This document shows, piece by piece, positions 1 through 43,569 of a DNA stretch of 64,000 nt (its first letter is position 1; each line of letters starts with the position of its first letter). This stretch comes from Paraspadella gotoi (taxonomy: Eukaryota > Animalia > Chaetognatha): positions 7,836,606 to 7,900,605 of the forward strand of contig CM119266.1 in the NCBI GenBank assembly GCA_051294375.1, in the 5' to 3' direction. The notes beneath the pieces were generated by a model. The model was not told the origin of the DNA. It was given only the letters and a program-made list of their open reading frames with translations, and did not search any database. The position numbers were made by a program, and so were the translations under genes.

Positions 1-209
1 CCGTTTTATTTCTATTCCCATTTTATGATTAAGTAATGATTATAGCGATTTAACCCGTTTTTATTTCTCCACATTTTAATCATTATTTTTGTACCCAACC
101 TTTTCCTCCTATATTTTCCCTCGCCTTTCCATTCTTTTACCCCATATATTTCCCCGCCTGTTTCTCCCGATTTCATTTCCTTAATTTTCCTTTGGGGGAA
201 AAACAAAAG

Positions 210-957
210 ACTTCTCATCGGAAGTCGTCGTCGTCCTCGGCCGGCGCCCCTTCTCGGGCACCCTCCCGCCCGGACGGAAGGGGCGCCGCCCGCCGGAACG
301 GTTCGACCTCGAGCCACGAGTCTCCCGGTCGTGTAGGCAGCGGGGGTGACCCCAAGCGGTCATCTTTGTCGCCCGCTTCGTCGGGCGCCAGGAGACCGTC
401 GGGTAGGTCCCCCGCCCGGTCTTCTCTTTCCCCGCCGGCGTCGGGCAAAGGCTCCCACCCTTCCTCGCCCCGACCCTCGCCCAAACCCGGTTCTTCTCCC
501 CTCCCGCAGAGGGGGGCGGTCGCCAACAATCGTTTGGTCATGGAAGAAGGTCAGTTAGAGGCGGCGCTTCAGTTCATTCCGAACAATAAAACTAACTACT
601 CATTTCATCGTGGGGTTTAATCGTGGATTGGTCTTTTCCGATTGCTTGAACCATTTTTTGAACAATTCTAAAATATATGTATAATGTATATGTTAAAATG
701 TTGTTAATATTAAATAAATACTTGAGCCGTAACAACCCACCCCTTCTTTCTCAGGCGAAGAAACTTTCGTCGACGACGACGACGACGGAAACGTAGACGG
801 CGTGGGCTTCGGCTTCTCGGCATCGTCGTCGTCGTCGTCGTCGCGGGCGTCGTTCCCGGCGTCGGCGTTGGACGGCGGCCTTCCTTTCGCGACGCCGCAA
901 TTAGAGGAGGAAGACAAAGACGACGACGAGTTCGACTCGAACACCACCTACGTTTGA
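210..957 (+). CDS. Last two coding exons (about 210-549 and 755-957) of a gene entering from the left; Ser/Pro/Arg-rich then acidic tail ending DSNTTYV*
   Basis: Donor GAAG|GTCAGT at 549/550 and acceptor TTTCTCAG|G at 754/755 join in frame (MEE-G-EETFVDDD); stop TGA 955-957; AT-rich 3' UTR follows. The acceptor at 209/210 is A-rich and less certain. Product not identifiable. Confidence 0.7.
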
Positions 958-2299
958 AAAAAGGGCGACCGGAGGAGAAAAGGAGGGGAGGGGGGAAAAG
1001 TTAGAGGGTTAGAAATGGAGATTGCAGGTCGTCGGACGCGTGATAAGACAAAGTAAGCTTCGTAAGGGAACTTGTAAATGTGGAGAAAATTGGCGTTTTG
1101 CTACCGGATCATTTTTCAGTTTCCAAGTTGTTTTTTTTTTTTTTTTTAATTCCTAAAATCATTAACGAAACTCTTTGAAAGTAGATACGAAGATATTTAC
1201 TTGCGTGGTATTTTTGTATCGTTCGTTTTATTCTTTTTCTGGGTGAGGTTTGTTATCTATCACGCGTCCTTATCATGGTCACTTGTCTGTTTTAGTAGTG
1301 CGGAAAAAAGTGGCGAGAGAAAGTGTAAGTTCGTCGTTTATTTTTAACTACTGAAAACAACCGAAAAAAAATGTTCTACAACTTTTTTTTGTTTTGGCTA
1401 CAATTGATTCCAATCTCGACTGATAATTTGGTTTGTGTATGCCTAATTATTTTTTTTTCTATCTGATCTTCTTTTTATTTTGTTTATTAATTGATTAATC
1501 AGCGCGAAATAATGTTAGGGCGGTTTTTTTTATTTTCTCTTTGATTTGTGGGTGAGTAACGAATCTTTTATATATCATGCCGAATAGTCATAATATTGAA
1601 TTTTTTTTGCTTAGACTTAGCCTAGTCATAGAAAATAATTGAAATCAATGAATAGTGAGAGTTCATTGTCGCTACTTTGGAAAGTAACTTCGTATTCGAC
1701 CGCGTATTATCTATATCGATAATTAATTGAAAACTGTGTTATCGTGATATTGATTTTGTAAATTACTGTCCAGATTGCATGTCTCCCATCCGAATCAAAC
1801 TTGTCTATCTGGTAAACTGTTCTCGCAACCTATTTTGTTCACCATTTAATATATATTATCAAAATTGTTACTTTTGTGGTGTGAATTGAAAAAAAGGAAA
1901 TTCTAGAAAGTAAAAGTGAAATAATAAAGATAAAGATATCTTTAAAGTTATCTAGAAAACACTGTTACTTATTTTCAATTACAAAAAACGCAATATTTGT
2001 TTAATATCAACTTCATTGACCAAGTCAGTTTTATACTTTATAATATATTTTGTTTAGAGTACTGTTTGTATTTTTCGCGTTATATTTAGCAGAAATTGTG
2101 AATGTTATATTCTTTCCTGTCCTGCTGAACAAAATATTGTAAGTGTGGCTTGGGCTTTTTTTAAATTTTAATCAATATTTTTATTAATGTTCCAATTTTT
2201 AGACTAAATGGTAAATATAACTAAATATATAGTCATGGGCATATTGTTTGGTTCGAATCCTTCCAAGCCCCAATGCCTCTAACGTAAGATCTCACAACC

Positions 2300-2676
2300 T
2301 TAAATCGGCGCCTTTTGTTCATGGTTGCCAGTTACATTCGCTTCATTTTCACTCCTGACTCCGTATGAAATTGAATTGGGATTTTTTTTTCGTCTCCAGC
2401 CTCATTCGGAATTCGTGTTTTCGACATGGAGGAAACTCTCTCGCTCTCTCACGATTGGAACTCGGTGCGACATGGACGCGCCGTCGCCACGCGACTAATT
2501 TCGTGGATTACGGATTAATTTGATTTGGAGAAATTGAAACACTTTTTTTTCTTTTGGATTTTGTTTTCGTAAAAACGCCATTTTAAGGAAGAATTTTTTT
2601 TCGGTGGATTATTTTTCCTACTTGGATTAATACTGGAATTACTAACTTTCACAAACGACTTACTTTTCAGCTTTGG
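2300..2676 (+). promoter_or_regulatory. Probable promoter and non-coding first exon of the kismet/CHD7 gene
   Basis: CpG-richer patch after the AT-rich 3' end of the previous gene, Inr-like TCATT near 2343, strong donor TGG|GTAAGG at 2676/2677. Transcript link is inferred. Confidence 0.45.
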
Positions 2677-3514
2677 GTAAGGTTCTTTTCAAAATCACTC
2701 CATTTCAAAATTAACATTTATCCGGACTGTTGGCTCGGTCAAGTTTTAAAAGTTTTTTTTGCTTTCTTTGATATTGTTTCTGATGTTCTTTGTCGTTGAT
2801 TGATTTGATTGGTTGATTGGTTGGGAGAATGCCGAGGTAAAGCAGCCGTTCATTAGAATAATTTTAAAATCACGCATCTTAATTTCAATTAGTTACGCAT
2901 TGATTCGCATAATAATGTTTTTTAGGAACGAATTTTTCACATTCACGTTAAAATTGAGAAACTATTTTCCGCCGAGACCAAACAGTCATCCAAAAACTTC
3001 AGAAGACGTTTTTTTGCCTTAAGTTGCCATGATACAGCACAGCGCCTATAGTTTAACGATTGTATTTCACTGCACACCTGTTTTCGAACCAATTTCACTT
3101 TCTCTTGTCCTTGAGTAAACCAAGTGATTTTCCCTTACAGCCAGTTTCACTCGATGCCAAGTGAAGGTGGTGAAGTCCATCCCCCCCTACCACCCGCGTA
3201 TTAGGCTGAACTATCGAGAGAAAACTCCCCACCAGCTTTTTCAGTTTTTGCGCTTCTTCTTCGGAGTTTGATGTTTCACTTATGTCTGAATTTTGATACA
3301 AGAACTGTGTGACCCCTCCATTGTTGATGTGTTCAAAATCTGTGAACCATCCCCTTGAGAGGCGTCTCCCGTCTCCATGTTGGCGGCCGCATTGTAGTCG
3401 TCACCTTTTTGCCTTCAACCTCAGCGGACAGATTTTTTTCACTTTTAGCTTACTTTTTTTCTCCTCCCTTTTTTTTTCTTTTTTCCCCCCTTTTCCCTCT
3501 ACTCTGCTTTATAC

Positions 3515-3845
3515 TCCTTTTCTCTATGCCATCTTTTTTTTCCTTTCTCTATCCCATCTTCTTTCCCCTATCTCTATCCGATCTTCATTCCCCTTTCTCT
3601 ATCCGATCTTCATTCCCCTTTCTCTATCCCAACTTCTTTCCCCTTTCTCTATCCGATCTTCATTCCCCTTTCTCTATCCCAACTTCTTTCCCCTTTCTCT
3701 ATCTTTTCTTCTTTCCCCTTTCTCTATCCCTTCTTCTTTCCCCTTTCTCTATCCTATCTTCTTTCCTTTTTCTCTATCCCATCTTTTTTCCTTTTTCTCT
3801 ATCCCATCTTTTTTTCTTTTTCTCTATCCCATCTTCTTTCCCCTT
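3515..3845. repeat. Pyrimidine-rich minisatellite, 25-bp unit (TCCCCTTTCTCTATCCGATCTTCAT-like), about 13 degenerate copies
   Basis: Direct 25-bp periodicity; explains the F/S/P-rich spurious ORFs 3309..3911 and 3355..3972. Confidence 0.85.
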
Positions 3846-4816
3846 TCAATTTTCTCCTCCTATTTTTCTTATTTTTTTTCTATCCCTCCTTTTTTCTCGG
3901 TTTTTTTCTGACCAGAGGCGCAACATGAATGTGAATATAATAGGTGATCAGATTCACTTTAAACTGATTTAACATAATCATTGATCAATATTAATTACTG
4001 ATTATGTTCAGGTATTATATTTCCTGTATCCCTTAAAGAACGTACGATTCTAACCCTGTATATTCTCTAATAATAGGTTACAGTTCCCAAACGTAAGAAA
4101 TCATCCCTTCCTTTTTTTTTCAATAAATTACGTCCTAGCAAGAACGATTTAGTTTAATTTCTTTTGAGAAACTCGGCCAAAATTATTTTTACCTCGTGAT
4201 GTAAAGATGCCGCCTCTATTTTCATAAAACAAACTTAACATCCCTCTCATCATTATATAATTATAATATGAAATGTTACATAAGGCCAGTTATTAAGCTT
4301 CTTTTATTATTTTAAAATGTAAACTTATTTGTAAAAAAAAAGTATTTTTGTAATTCATGACCGTTTTCTTCTTCCACAAAATTTATTTTTCGATCTATTA
4401 GTTTTATAGTGTTCTTTGTATTAAAGTGTTATTTTATGAAACGATTTGGAAAAACTGTTGTTTAGCCTCTTTTAAAAAAGCTATTTTAACATATTTCAAA
4501 GGGAAACCATCACCTAGGTTTGATTTACTAGGTTCGACTTCAGTTCTACTATTATTCCATTTCCTTATGTAAATTATTTTCCTTCTCCATAAAGATAAAA
4601 TTTTAAATATTTTTAGTAACTCTTAATTTTTTTCTTACGTGTTTATATGTCAAAAAGCTAAACCGGTTTTAGATTAAAATTTTTTTTTAAATATTGCACA
4701 TAATCATTAATTAAAAATATATTAAAATTAGGGTATTAGGGTAAAATTGTGAATATAATTTTAGGTTTAGTTTAGGCTTAGATATAATGAAATTGGTACA
4801 ACCAATATAAAAATTA

Positions 4817-4953
4817 TCCATTCATTTTATAAATAAGCTATCTTGTCCCTGACTTTGGACAGGCTTTGGTGGTTTAAGGCCTCCATCACACTTACAAGAT
4901 AATAACATAGCAGGTTTCTGCAAGCTTTCAATCAAGACTCTTTCACAGTCTTA
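4817..4953 (+). mobile_element. Mini Helitron-like repeat, copy A
   Basis: Starts A|TCCATTCATT and ends CAAGACTCTTTCACAGTCTTA|T; homologous to 8666-8752 and 60273-60409; no TSD. Confidence 0.55.
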
Positions 4954-4968
4954 TTTATTCACTCCCAG

Positions 4969-5574
4969 TAGGGGGAGACTAACTCAGTAAGGTGGTTAAG
5001 AAATTGCATTAAGCACCTGCTCAAACGAAAATTTAGACATTTTTAAAAAATTTTGAATAGACAAATTTTTTTTATATTACTCCATACTCAAAATATTAAT
5101 TTTTAAATATTTATTTATAAATAGGAAAGGCTAAAAAATTTTCTTTTTGTTTTTGATTTTTAAGATCAGATTCAGGTAGCTTGCAAAAAGTTGTCTACAC
5201 AAAGTATAATTCTTTTTTCGATATTTTAATCATAAGTATGTGAAAAATATGAAAAACTATTTTATTCATCATCATTATCATTTTTCGATAATTTTATTAT
5301 CTTTTCTTAATTTTGACCAAGAAAACATAAATATTTTGGAAAGTTGTAGTTAAATTTTTATTTAACTTTTTATGCTCTATCAGAATCCATCAAAAAAGTT
5401 AAGATTGATTAAAAATTTTTTTTATCATTAATATGATAATATTGTAATTTTAATAGCAACAATAAACATTAAAATCGAACTTTTTTAAAAAATTCTTTTT
5501 TACCTAAAAGTAGACTTCAAGAATAAAGTTTTTGAACCCCGCCCCTATTGAATTTAATTTCATAGTAGATTTCT
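4969..5574 (+). mobile_element. ~600-bp non-autonomous DNA element with 8-bp TSD, copy 1
   Basis: Flanked by ACTCCCAG (4961-4968 and 5575-5582); termini TAGGGGGAG...GATTTCT; close inverted copy at 51353-51945. Confidence 0.85.
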
Positions 5575-6349
5575 ACTCCCAGTGAACCTGGCTTCCCTAT
5601 CAATGAAGTGGTATAATATTTCAAAGAATGTTTCAATTGTATGAAAAGACCACTTTTAGATATAGCATTTTATTTTTAAATCACGATTATTTCTGTTTGA
5701 ATTCGGGTTATAAAAATATACGAAATTTTAGGCTGCGTTTATAATCATATGCCAAGAGTTAACTATAAAGCATAGAGAAAAAAAATCATTTTTCTCATTT
5801 CAATAAAAAAAAATAGCCTCTGCTGGCAAGTAAATACATATACACCCGCACCGCCTTTTATTCCATCCTCAATTCTCTCTCTCTCTATCTCTGCATCTTT
5901 TTCAATTTTTTTGTCTCTTCTCCACTAATTTCTTCTTCCACTCTCGGGGTTTTTTTCGGGGGAAAAAAATGATAGAGAGAAGAAGGGCGAAGAAGGAGAG
6001 GATTACGGCTTTTGAAACAGCCAGCTCTTCAGTTGGTCTGCAGACAACTGCTAGCAACCAAGCCAGCTCGCTTCTTTCTCTCTCTCTCTCTCTCTCGCGC
6101 TCCGAATGGTTTAGATATGATTCTCTTAAAAGTCTCTCCATCTTCGAATCGCCGCCTTTTGCCAACGAATTTCTCAGCTTCGTTCGCGTCTAATTCTACT
6201 TTTCTTACTATTTCGAGACTCGATTTTTGTCCAATTTTCGTTTTTTCTCGGCAAAGATCAACGCCATTTTTCCACATTCGTCTCTGTCTCTCTCTTTCTC
6301 GCTCTCTCTCCACGTTCGCTTTCTATTTATTAACTATGGTCTATCCTCG

Positions 6350-6720
6350 CGACGTCATGTTCCGTCGTTGATTGGTCCGCCGCGACCGTCTCGCTCGCTG
6401 ATTGGTCGAAATAATTCCTCGCGCTCTTGGACCGAGTTCTCAAAACGCCAGAGGATGATGAGCTCTCTCTCTCCCTCTCTCTGTCTCTCTCTCTTATTCC
6501 TGCGCAATGTTTCAATCAATTAGTATGCCGAAAAAGTATAATTTAAAAAGAAATATATGGAGCAAACGGCTCGTACGCTCATCAATCATTTGCGTACAAA
6601 ATGCGTTCATCGACCTGAAAAGGAAATGCCACCAATAGGCGCGGCGCGGTGGCAGGGCGGCGGCGGCGTCTTGCCAATGATTGTACGAAACGTGTCTTAA
6701 TCTTTGTCTTCCTCGAATCA
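6350..6720. promoter_or_regulatory. CpG-rich regulatory patch with several CCAAT boxes upstream of the kismet coding region
   Basis: ATTGG near 6371 and 6401, CCAAT near 6631 and 6674, in GC-rich context with CT tracts, within AT-rich DNA. Confidence 0.35.
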
Positions 6721-7469
6721 CGTCGCAAAGTCGAGATTATAAACCAAGATTATTATTTAAATAATATCAACGCATAAAAAAATTTTCTTCTCTAGCTCTG
6801 CGGGTATTCTGGAATGGGGATTATGTTTCTCTCTATCTCATCATATAAGGCATTTTTTTTTTTCGAATCAAATACTATAAAGAACGATGAAAAATCAACA
6901 TCAAGTTACGTTTATTTGCGAGCGTTATATTAAGAATTTAAACAATTAAATCTGATTCTTAACCTTAATTCTATGGCAATTGACCACTCAATAAGCGTTT
7001 AAAAAAGTTTCTAAGAGATGAAAGATAAAAAACATTGAAATTACGCGATATAAAGGTATAACATTTTTTTTTTCAATCTCTTAACAGTGATAAGTTTTCC
7101 TTGTTAATCAAAAGAGCGCTCACCTCACCCAGCGAATCAAATTTTAAACCTTGGTAAAAAAACCAAACCGAAAAAGTCTGGCTGCCAAATGTAAAAATTC
7201 CTTTTTGAGCTATTGTAAAGTCTAGGGAGACCTTTTCATCTGTTATTTTCGATCGTTTTTTCGTGAAAAAAAAAAGATTTAAATCTCTCGCCTTCACTCT
7301 CTCTTTTCGATCTCGTTTCCCCTGCAGATAATTCGTGTTAGCATTCAACCCGAATTATTACGATTTCAAAAAAAAAAAAAAAATTTCAGCTTGAAGAAAA
7401 ACGTTTGTTCGTCTAACGAATAAAACCGAAGGCAGAGAGGAAAATCCCCCCAACAGAAAAGTCTGACTG

Positions 7470-7515
<46 letters not shown>

Positions 7516-8289
7516 TCTTAGTTGGAATGCATTTACCGTCGGGAAAAAAGGATCCGAAGGGAAAATCTTGAAGACAAAACTTGGAGCTCGACTGATATGA
7601 GAGTCTGTTTTTGTGTGGAAGGTCGATTATCAACGAAAAACAATTTAAAATATTTATTAAACTTTATTAAGGACAACATTTAATTCATATTGTGCCAAAG
7701 TTTGTTACCTGTTGTGGTCAGTTTTGTTATGTCTCCGTTTTTATATATCATACGTTTATTTTTTTACTTATTCTTCATGGTTAAATCTTATTTAATTCTC
7801 GAATAATGATATAATTATGTAATATTTGAAAGATGGCAGGGTTAATAACCTGCACTTTTATTTTAGGTAAAAATAATTTTTTCCTGACATTTATTTTTTA
7901 AACTTTGAAATCGATACTAACGAAATTGTAAGACAATCACAAAAATCTGTGCTGAATGGCGTTTAAATCATGAACTTAATGATAAAATAATTATATTCTA
8001 CCTGGCAATAAACCACTATGAAATATATAAATTATAAAAAGATTAAAATTAAACGATTCTTACAGTACATCTTTTCTTAAAACAAAAAACTAAACAAAAC
8101 AAAAACATTCTACTCGTATTTATTAAAATAGAATTTTGAATGCATCAGGATTTTAATTTATTTTAACCGAAATTCGCTCTCAACCGAATTTTTCTTTTAT
8201 CGACTGAGGATCGTCGCTACATCAACTATTCATCAGGAATCAAAATGTATTCTTCGCTCAATATTAAATTTTTTTTCTTCTTTCACAGT

Positions 8290-8538
8290 GAATTGAAAAA
8301 GTCACTCTTTTTTTTGAGGGACTAAAAAACACTGAAAAATTTCTCTTCCACGTGTACAAGAGAAAACTGCGTGAGTGAAGCGATAAAAAAAACTGGACGG
8401 AAAAAAACTCAAATTCATCCTCAAAAAAAGACTAGGGGGGGAAAAAACGTAAAAAAAATCAGAGAAAAAAACCAGGAAAATGGGTTATCCCTTTGAGGAC
8501 CGACCCACGTCGACTACTCGAATCCAGTGAAAAAAATG
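8290..8538 (+). other. Probable 5' UTR exon of kismet containing upstream ORFs
   Basis: Ends ATG|GTGAGT (8538/8539); contains uORF 8480-8530 (MGYPFEDRPTSTTRIQ*). The start is approximate. Confidence 0.45.
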
Positions 8539-8665
8539 GTGAGTGAGCTGAATGGTGCTTGTGTTCCAAGGGTCAATGTTTACTTGTTTAGTGATGATCG
8601 CTAGTTTATATCAAATGATTCATTATTGATATAGTATAAAATTGCTACAAACAAAACAAAACTTA

Positions 8666-8752
8666 TCCATTCATTTAATAAACAAGCTATCTCGCCCCTG
8701 AGTTCCGACAGATAAGAATATAGCCTTTTATCAAGACTTTCACACAGTCTAG
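8666..8752 (+). mobile_element. Mini Helitron-like repeat, copy B (internally deleted)
   Basis: A|TC 5' end and CTAG|T 3' end, the canonical Helitron junctions; shares terminal sequences with copies A and C. Confidence 0.6.
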
Positions 8753-9422
8753 TTTATTTGCAAAATCAAATATTTTTCTACCTCGGTCCTCGGTCTACTT
8801 TGTCATCTAAAAGGATCCACAACTGTATTCCCTTCATAGTAACAACCTTGTTTCACCCGTTACTTTTCACGGAATGTCACAGTTCTTTATTCTTTCCCCT
8901 TTTTCCACATCCAACTTTAGGAGCGAACGCAGCGTTTGGCTCCGATCATAATGATATGCGATTAACATGGAAACGTCTCTCACTAAGAGTCAAGTGAGTA
9001 AACTTCACTGTCAACGCGGTTGTCTGTACGGCGGAGAAATTGAAATCGATGTGCAAGTTTGTTGATTTTCGATGCAAATCTTAATGAGCACTGCCGTATG
9101 CAAATTAGATATAGAACCAGCTATCCCGGATTGCCCTCGCGTTTCTATTTCTCATTTTTCCGATTGGGATAGTTCACCTTTGATCCTTTGTATCGACTCG
9201 AAAGAATGACTCAGCCAATCAGCGAATTCTTTCCCGATTTTCCCACCGATCACAAAGGCGATTTATCGAGATAATTTATTAAAGGGAAATAAAATGAAAA
9301 GAAACTCTAGTATTGTTTTGTATTTTTTTTAGGAGGAATGTGATGTACGAATAGAATTGTTTAGTTGATATCCTAAATTTTGATTGATTGATTGATTGAT
9401 TCCCAATCCGCAGCATTGAACA

Positions 9423-40005
<30,583 letters not shown>

Positions 40006-41865
40006 AGCCGCTAAGTTAAATAAAAAATTCGTTTCGACGCCGATGGCGGGGGAATAAAGTTTTGCGAACAAATGAACTACAATCCGATTTACCTTTTTTT
40101 TCTTTTCTTTAAATTTTCTTTTCTCTCTCTCTCCCATTCTCTCGAGGCGTTTTTTTGTGGTTTTTACCCTTTTTTTCGTTGTTGTCACGACTTTTATTAC
40201 GTTAATTACTTTATTTCTGAACGATGCGTTATGCGATAAATCATTACTCCTCAAATGAATTGAATTTTGTTTTAAAGTCAATCGTAAATGTATATAATTT
40301 ATAGAATTCGTTGAATCTTCGCGTAGTAACCTGTAGAACCGTTCATCAGTGACTTGTATCATAACTCATTAGTGACCACTTAGAGGCTTTTTTAAGTTTT
40401 TTATCTTTGGTTCATTTTTTAGTAGTCACCGTATAAAATTACTATAATTTAACGAGAAAGATACACTAATTTTCATTCCCTTTGAAGACTTTAGCGAATT
40501 TGTTTAATGATTAATTTCGGCGACTTAGTAAACTATCGAGGCGTTCGGTAACTTGTAAGAAATGTTTGTACATAAGTATAGTAACAAAAGGTCTACACGT
40601 TAACTCCCATATTTTTGAGTGTAAATAGAACTCCCCCCTTTCTTTGTTGAATTCGGACGCCCTTTTCTCTCTCTATCCATCGAATCCGCGGCGTCTTTTC
40701 CGAAGTGCGGCATCGGTCGGCGTCAAGTTTGGGGACTCGACGCCGGATTCCCGAGCGGCGCCCTTCGAGCGGCGACGAGCGCGGAGTCGAGGAAAAGCGG
40801 ATTCATTAAATATTCCGACGCCGGGAGAAAAAAAAACTTTTTCCCGAGATAATTATTTGGGAAGAAAGGTTTTATTCTTCTCTTCCGCTAAATAAAACAA
40901 ACTAACGCGTCAATAAATAAAACAAACACAATCCCATGAGATTCGATTCTTTTCCCTCTTCTTCCCCCCCCGCCAATTCTTTTGACGGATTTTGTGTGTT
41001 AATTGTTCAATCGTGGCGGCGAGGGTTTTCGTCCGCGGCCGGGGCATGTTGAGGGAAAACAGTAAATTGACGGCGTAAGCGAATTTAGCTTTTGTCCTCC
41101 CTTCTCAAATTTATTAATCCAAATTTTCGTCGTTTGGACCACCCTAGTTATTCTTTCTTTCCGACGTATAGTTTCTTAATAGACTTTCGTTTTTAATTTA
41201 TTCGTACCCATGCTCCGAGTCATGTTGTGGATTAGGGTGGTTCATTTTGAAAAAAAAAATTAATCCCGTTTCATCTCCGTGTTTTTTCTCCGTCTCATTT
41301 TTTTGTCATAATCCGATACAAAAAAAGGCAAGTGATTATTAGAAAAAATGCCTTTGCCCAAAGTTACATACCGTTTATTTTTATTATTATTATAATTTCG
41401 CGTTTGTTTTAGTCTTTGTTTAGTTTATAACTTTCAATTTAACCCATCTCTCTCTTTCTCTCTCTCTCTCGCTTAATCGATCAACGTCGATCCCCTTAAT
41501 TTTGATCATCGCCATTTTTGTGTTTTTAGCTCATCTTCTTCATACAAAATTATAACAGAATAAATATTAGTTGTCTGTATATCATTCAACCAACAAGTTT
41601 CGTACCAAATTTTTGTTCCCTTTTTTATTCTTTTGATGTTTTTTTCAGGAGTCTTGAATTATTTTGATTTTATTGATTTAATAATAAGTTTAGCTAGCTA
41701 CTTTTTTGCAATTGGCCTTCTTTTTTGAAAGGTGTTGCTTTCAATGAAATTTTAATATCAATATTTTATTTGTGTTTATAAAAAAAATTGCGAAATAACA
41801 AAAGCAGGTGAATCCATGTTGAAAACAGAAGAACAGCGTCAGCGGTTGCACTATTAATATTATTA

Positions 41866-42782
41866 TTAAATTCCGAGCATTGCCCTGAAGACCAGTGGAA
41901 CGAGATAGGCGATTAGGAATCCGTTGATACCGAAGAAGAGGAAGAAGCCCAACACCTACAATAGCATAAAAAGTAATGAAAAGTTAAAAGTAACGTAAGA
42001 CAACGGACAAGAATTAATATCTATCACAAAGTGCTTTGTAATGACTATTTGAAACATAGCCGAAGCTTTCTTTCTCTCTCTCTTAACCTTTAAGGCCTTG
42101 GTCTTCCATCCTGGAGCGGGTCGTTCGTAGATCGTTTCGCGCGGTCGCTCCAGCGTGGAAAAGTCGCTCCATACGCCTGTCGTTGCCATGTCTGGCAGGT
42201 CTAGCGGCAGAGCGGGGGTTGTGGGCTCCTGGAGCTCGTTGAGTGGAACTAAAACCGCTTCGCTAGGGACGATGTTGGAGGAATAAAGGAGAGGGTAGTT
42301 AAATTTTTTTTTTACTTCAAAACTTCACACACTCTTGGTCTTATCCGGTGGTGTTAATTAGCAAAAGAGCAAAATTAAGCCGTTTTGCGCTATGAAATTA
42401 CATACATGTATTTTATAAGCTTAGCCGAAGACTTCAATTGAAAGCTGTTTGCGTTATCTTTTCTTAAAGTTTGCTGGTTTTGCGTTGGTTTTGGTTTATA
42501 ACTTTATTTTGCAACACATTTGGGGGAAGCTTATGTAATTTACAATGCTTTGCTCATAGAAATTCCATCTGTCGGTCAATCGCTTAGACGTCGCGAAAAG
42601 CCTTATTTGGTTCCAGTTGCCCTGCTGCAAGCCTGCAACGGTGTTATTTGACAGGAAGCATTACCAATTTACCATCAGTCCTACTATTTCGCCAGCATCC
42701 GACCGATCCGGAGGGAAGAACTTACCTTTGACCTTTGACCGACGGAGGATATAATAAATAAGTCTCTCTCGACTCTTTGTTC
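41866..42782 (-). CDS. Small protein with a single C-terminal transmembrane helix (tail-anchored type); 5' end unresolved
   Basis: Exons 42782-42726, 42262-42088 and 41955-41866 join in frame with canonical sites: ...DLPDMATTGVWSDFSTLERPRETIYERPAPGWKTKALK|VLGFFLFFGINGFLIAYLVPLVFRAMLGI*. Confidence 0.6.
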
Positions 42783-43409
42783 CTAAGACGAGAGGCAATT
42801 GAGAAAAAAAAATTAAAAAAAGTCCACTTGGAACTTATTATTCTGGTCCGATTTTCACAGAACAGTCAAGAACGTGAAGTGCAGGGTGCGGTGACTCAAA
42901 AAGTCATTCTTACTGACCACTACGAGTCACAAAGTACAAAGACTTCGTCGTCGTCTTCGTTATTATATTCGTCGTCGTCGTCGTCTTTGTTCGAATCATT
43001 TGAGCTCCCAAAAGGGATGTTATTTTATTAATTGGTTCGTTGTAAAAAGTTTTTCTCGAATTATATTATTCGTGTCTTCGACAAACGGGTTAACGATCGC
43101 TCGATCCGCCTCGAAATAATTTTAACGTTCGATGAATTTGATGAATGATTCGGGATCAGTTATGGGGAGCTCGATCAAAAGTGGGAACTGTTTTCGTTAA
43201 AAGATATTAAGTTGTATAGACTTTTGACAATTATTACAATCATACAGAAGTCTGTTGCCAAAAATCAAAAATAATTGTTGACATAGTAGTAAGAAAAAAG
43301 AAATTCGCCGAAATCAGAAATGATAGGGAAAAAAATTGTCGTAAATCAAGGAAAAAGGAGAGAGATTTGACTTATATTGGTTTCAGCAACAGTTGGTTAC
43401 TCGGAGCAG

Positions 43410-43451
<42 letters not shown>

Positions 43452-43569
43452 TTGCCAATCGTCAGGTGATTATAAATGAAAATTTGTTTTACTATATTTA
43501 AGTTCTGAGGCTGTAATAATAATTTGAGATCGATTAATAAAATGAATACTAATATGTTTACTCTTTTCG

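Noticed and set aside
215-947. Minus-strand ORFs 215-541 and 693-947 as a gene
   Set aside because: No in-frame acceptor links them; the plus-strand model has matching splice phase and a sensible terminus.
2250-2260. Perfect isolated B box GGTTCGAATCC upstream of the kismet promoter
   Set aside because: No A box or cloverleaf; a single 11-mer is insufficient without TFIIIC data.
3095-3440. Minus-strand coding-like stretch (FEHINNGGVTQFLYQNSD...)
   Set aside because: Short, no clear start or splice structure, no recognisable motif; may be a TE relic but cannot be supported.
42729-42741. Nuclear-receptor DR1-like TGACCTTTGACC
   Set aside because: Lies at an exon end of the small minus-strand gene; chance occurrence is plausible.
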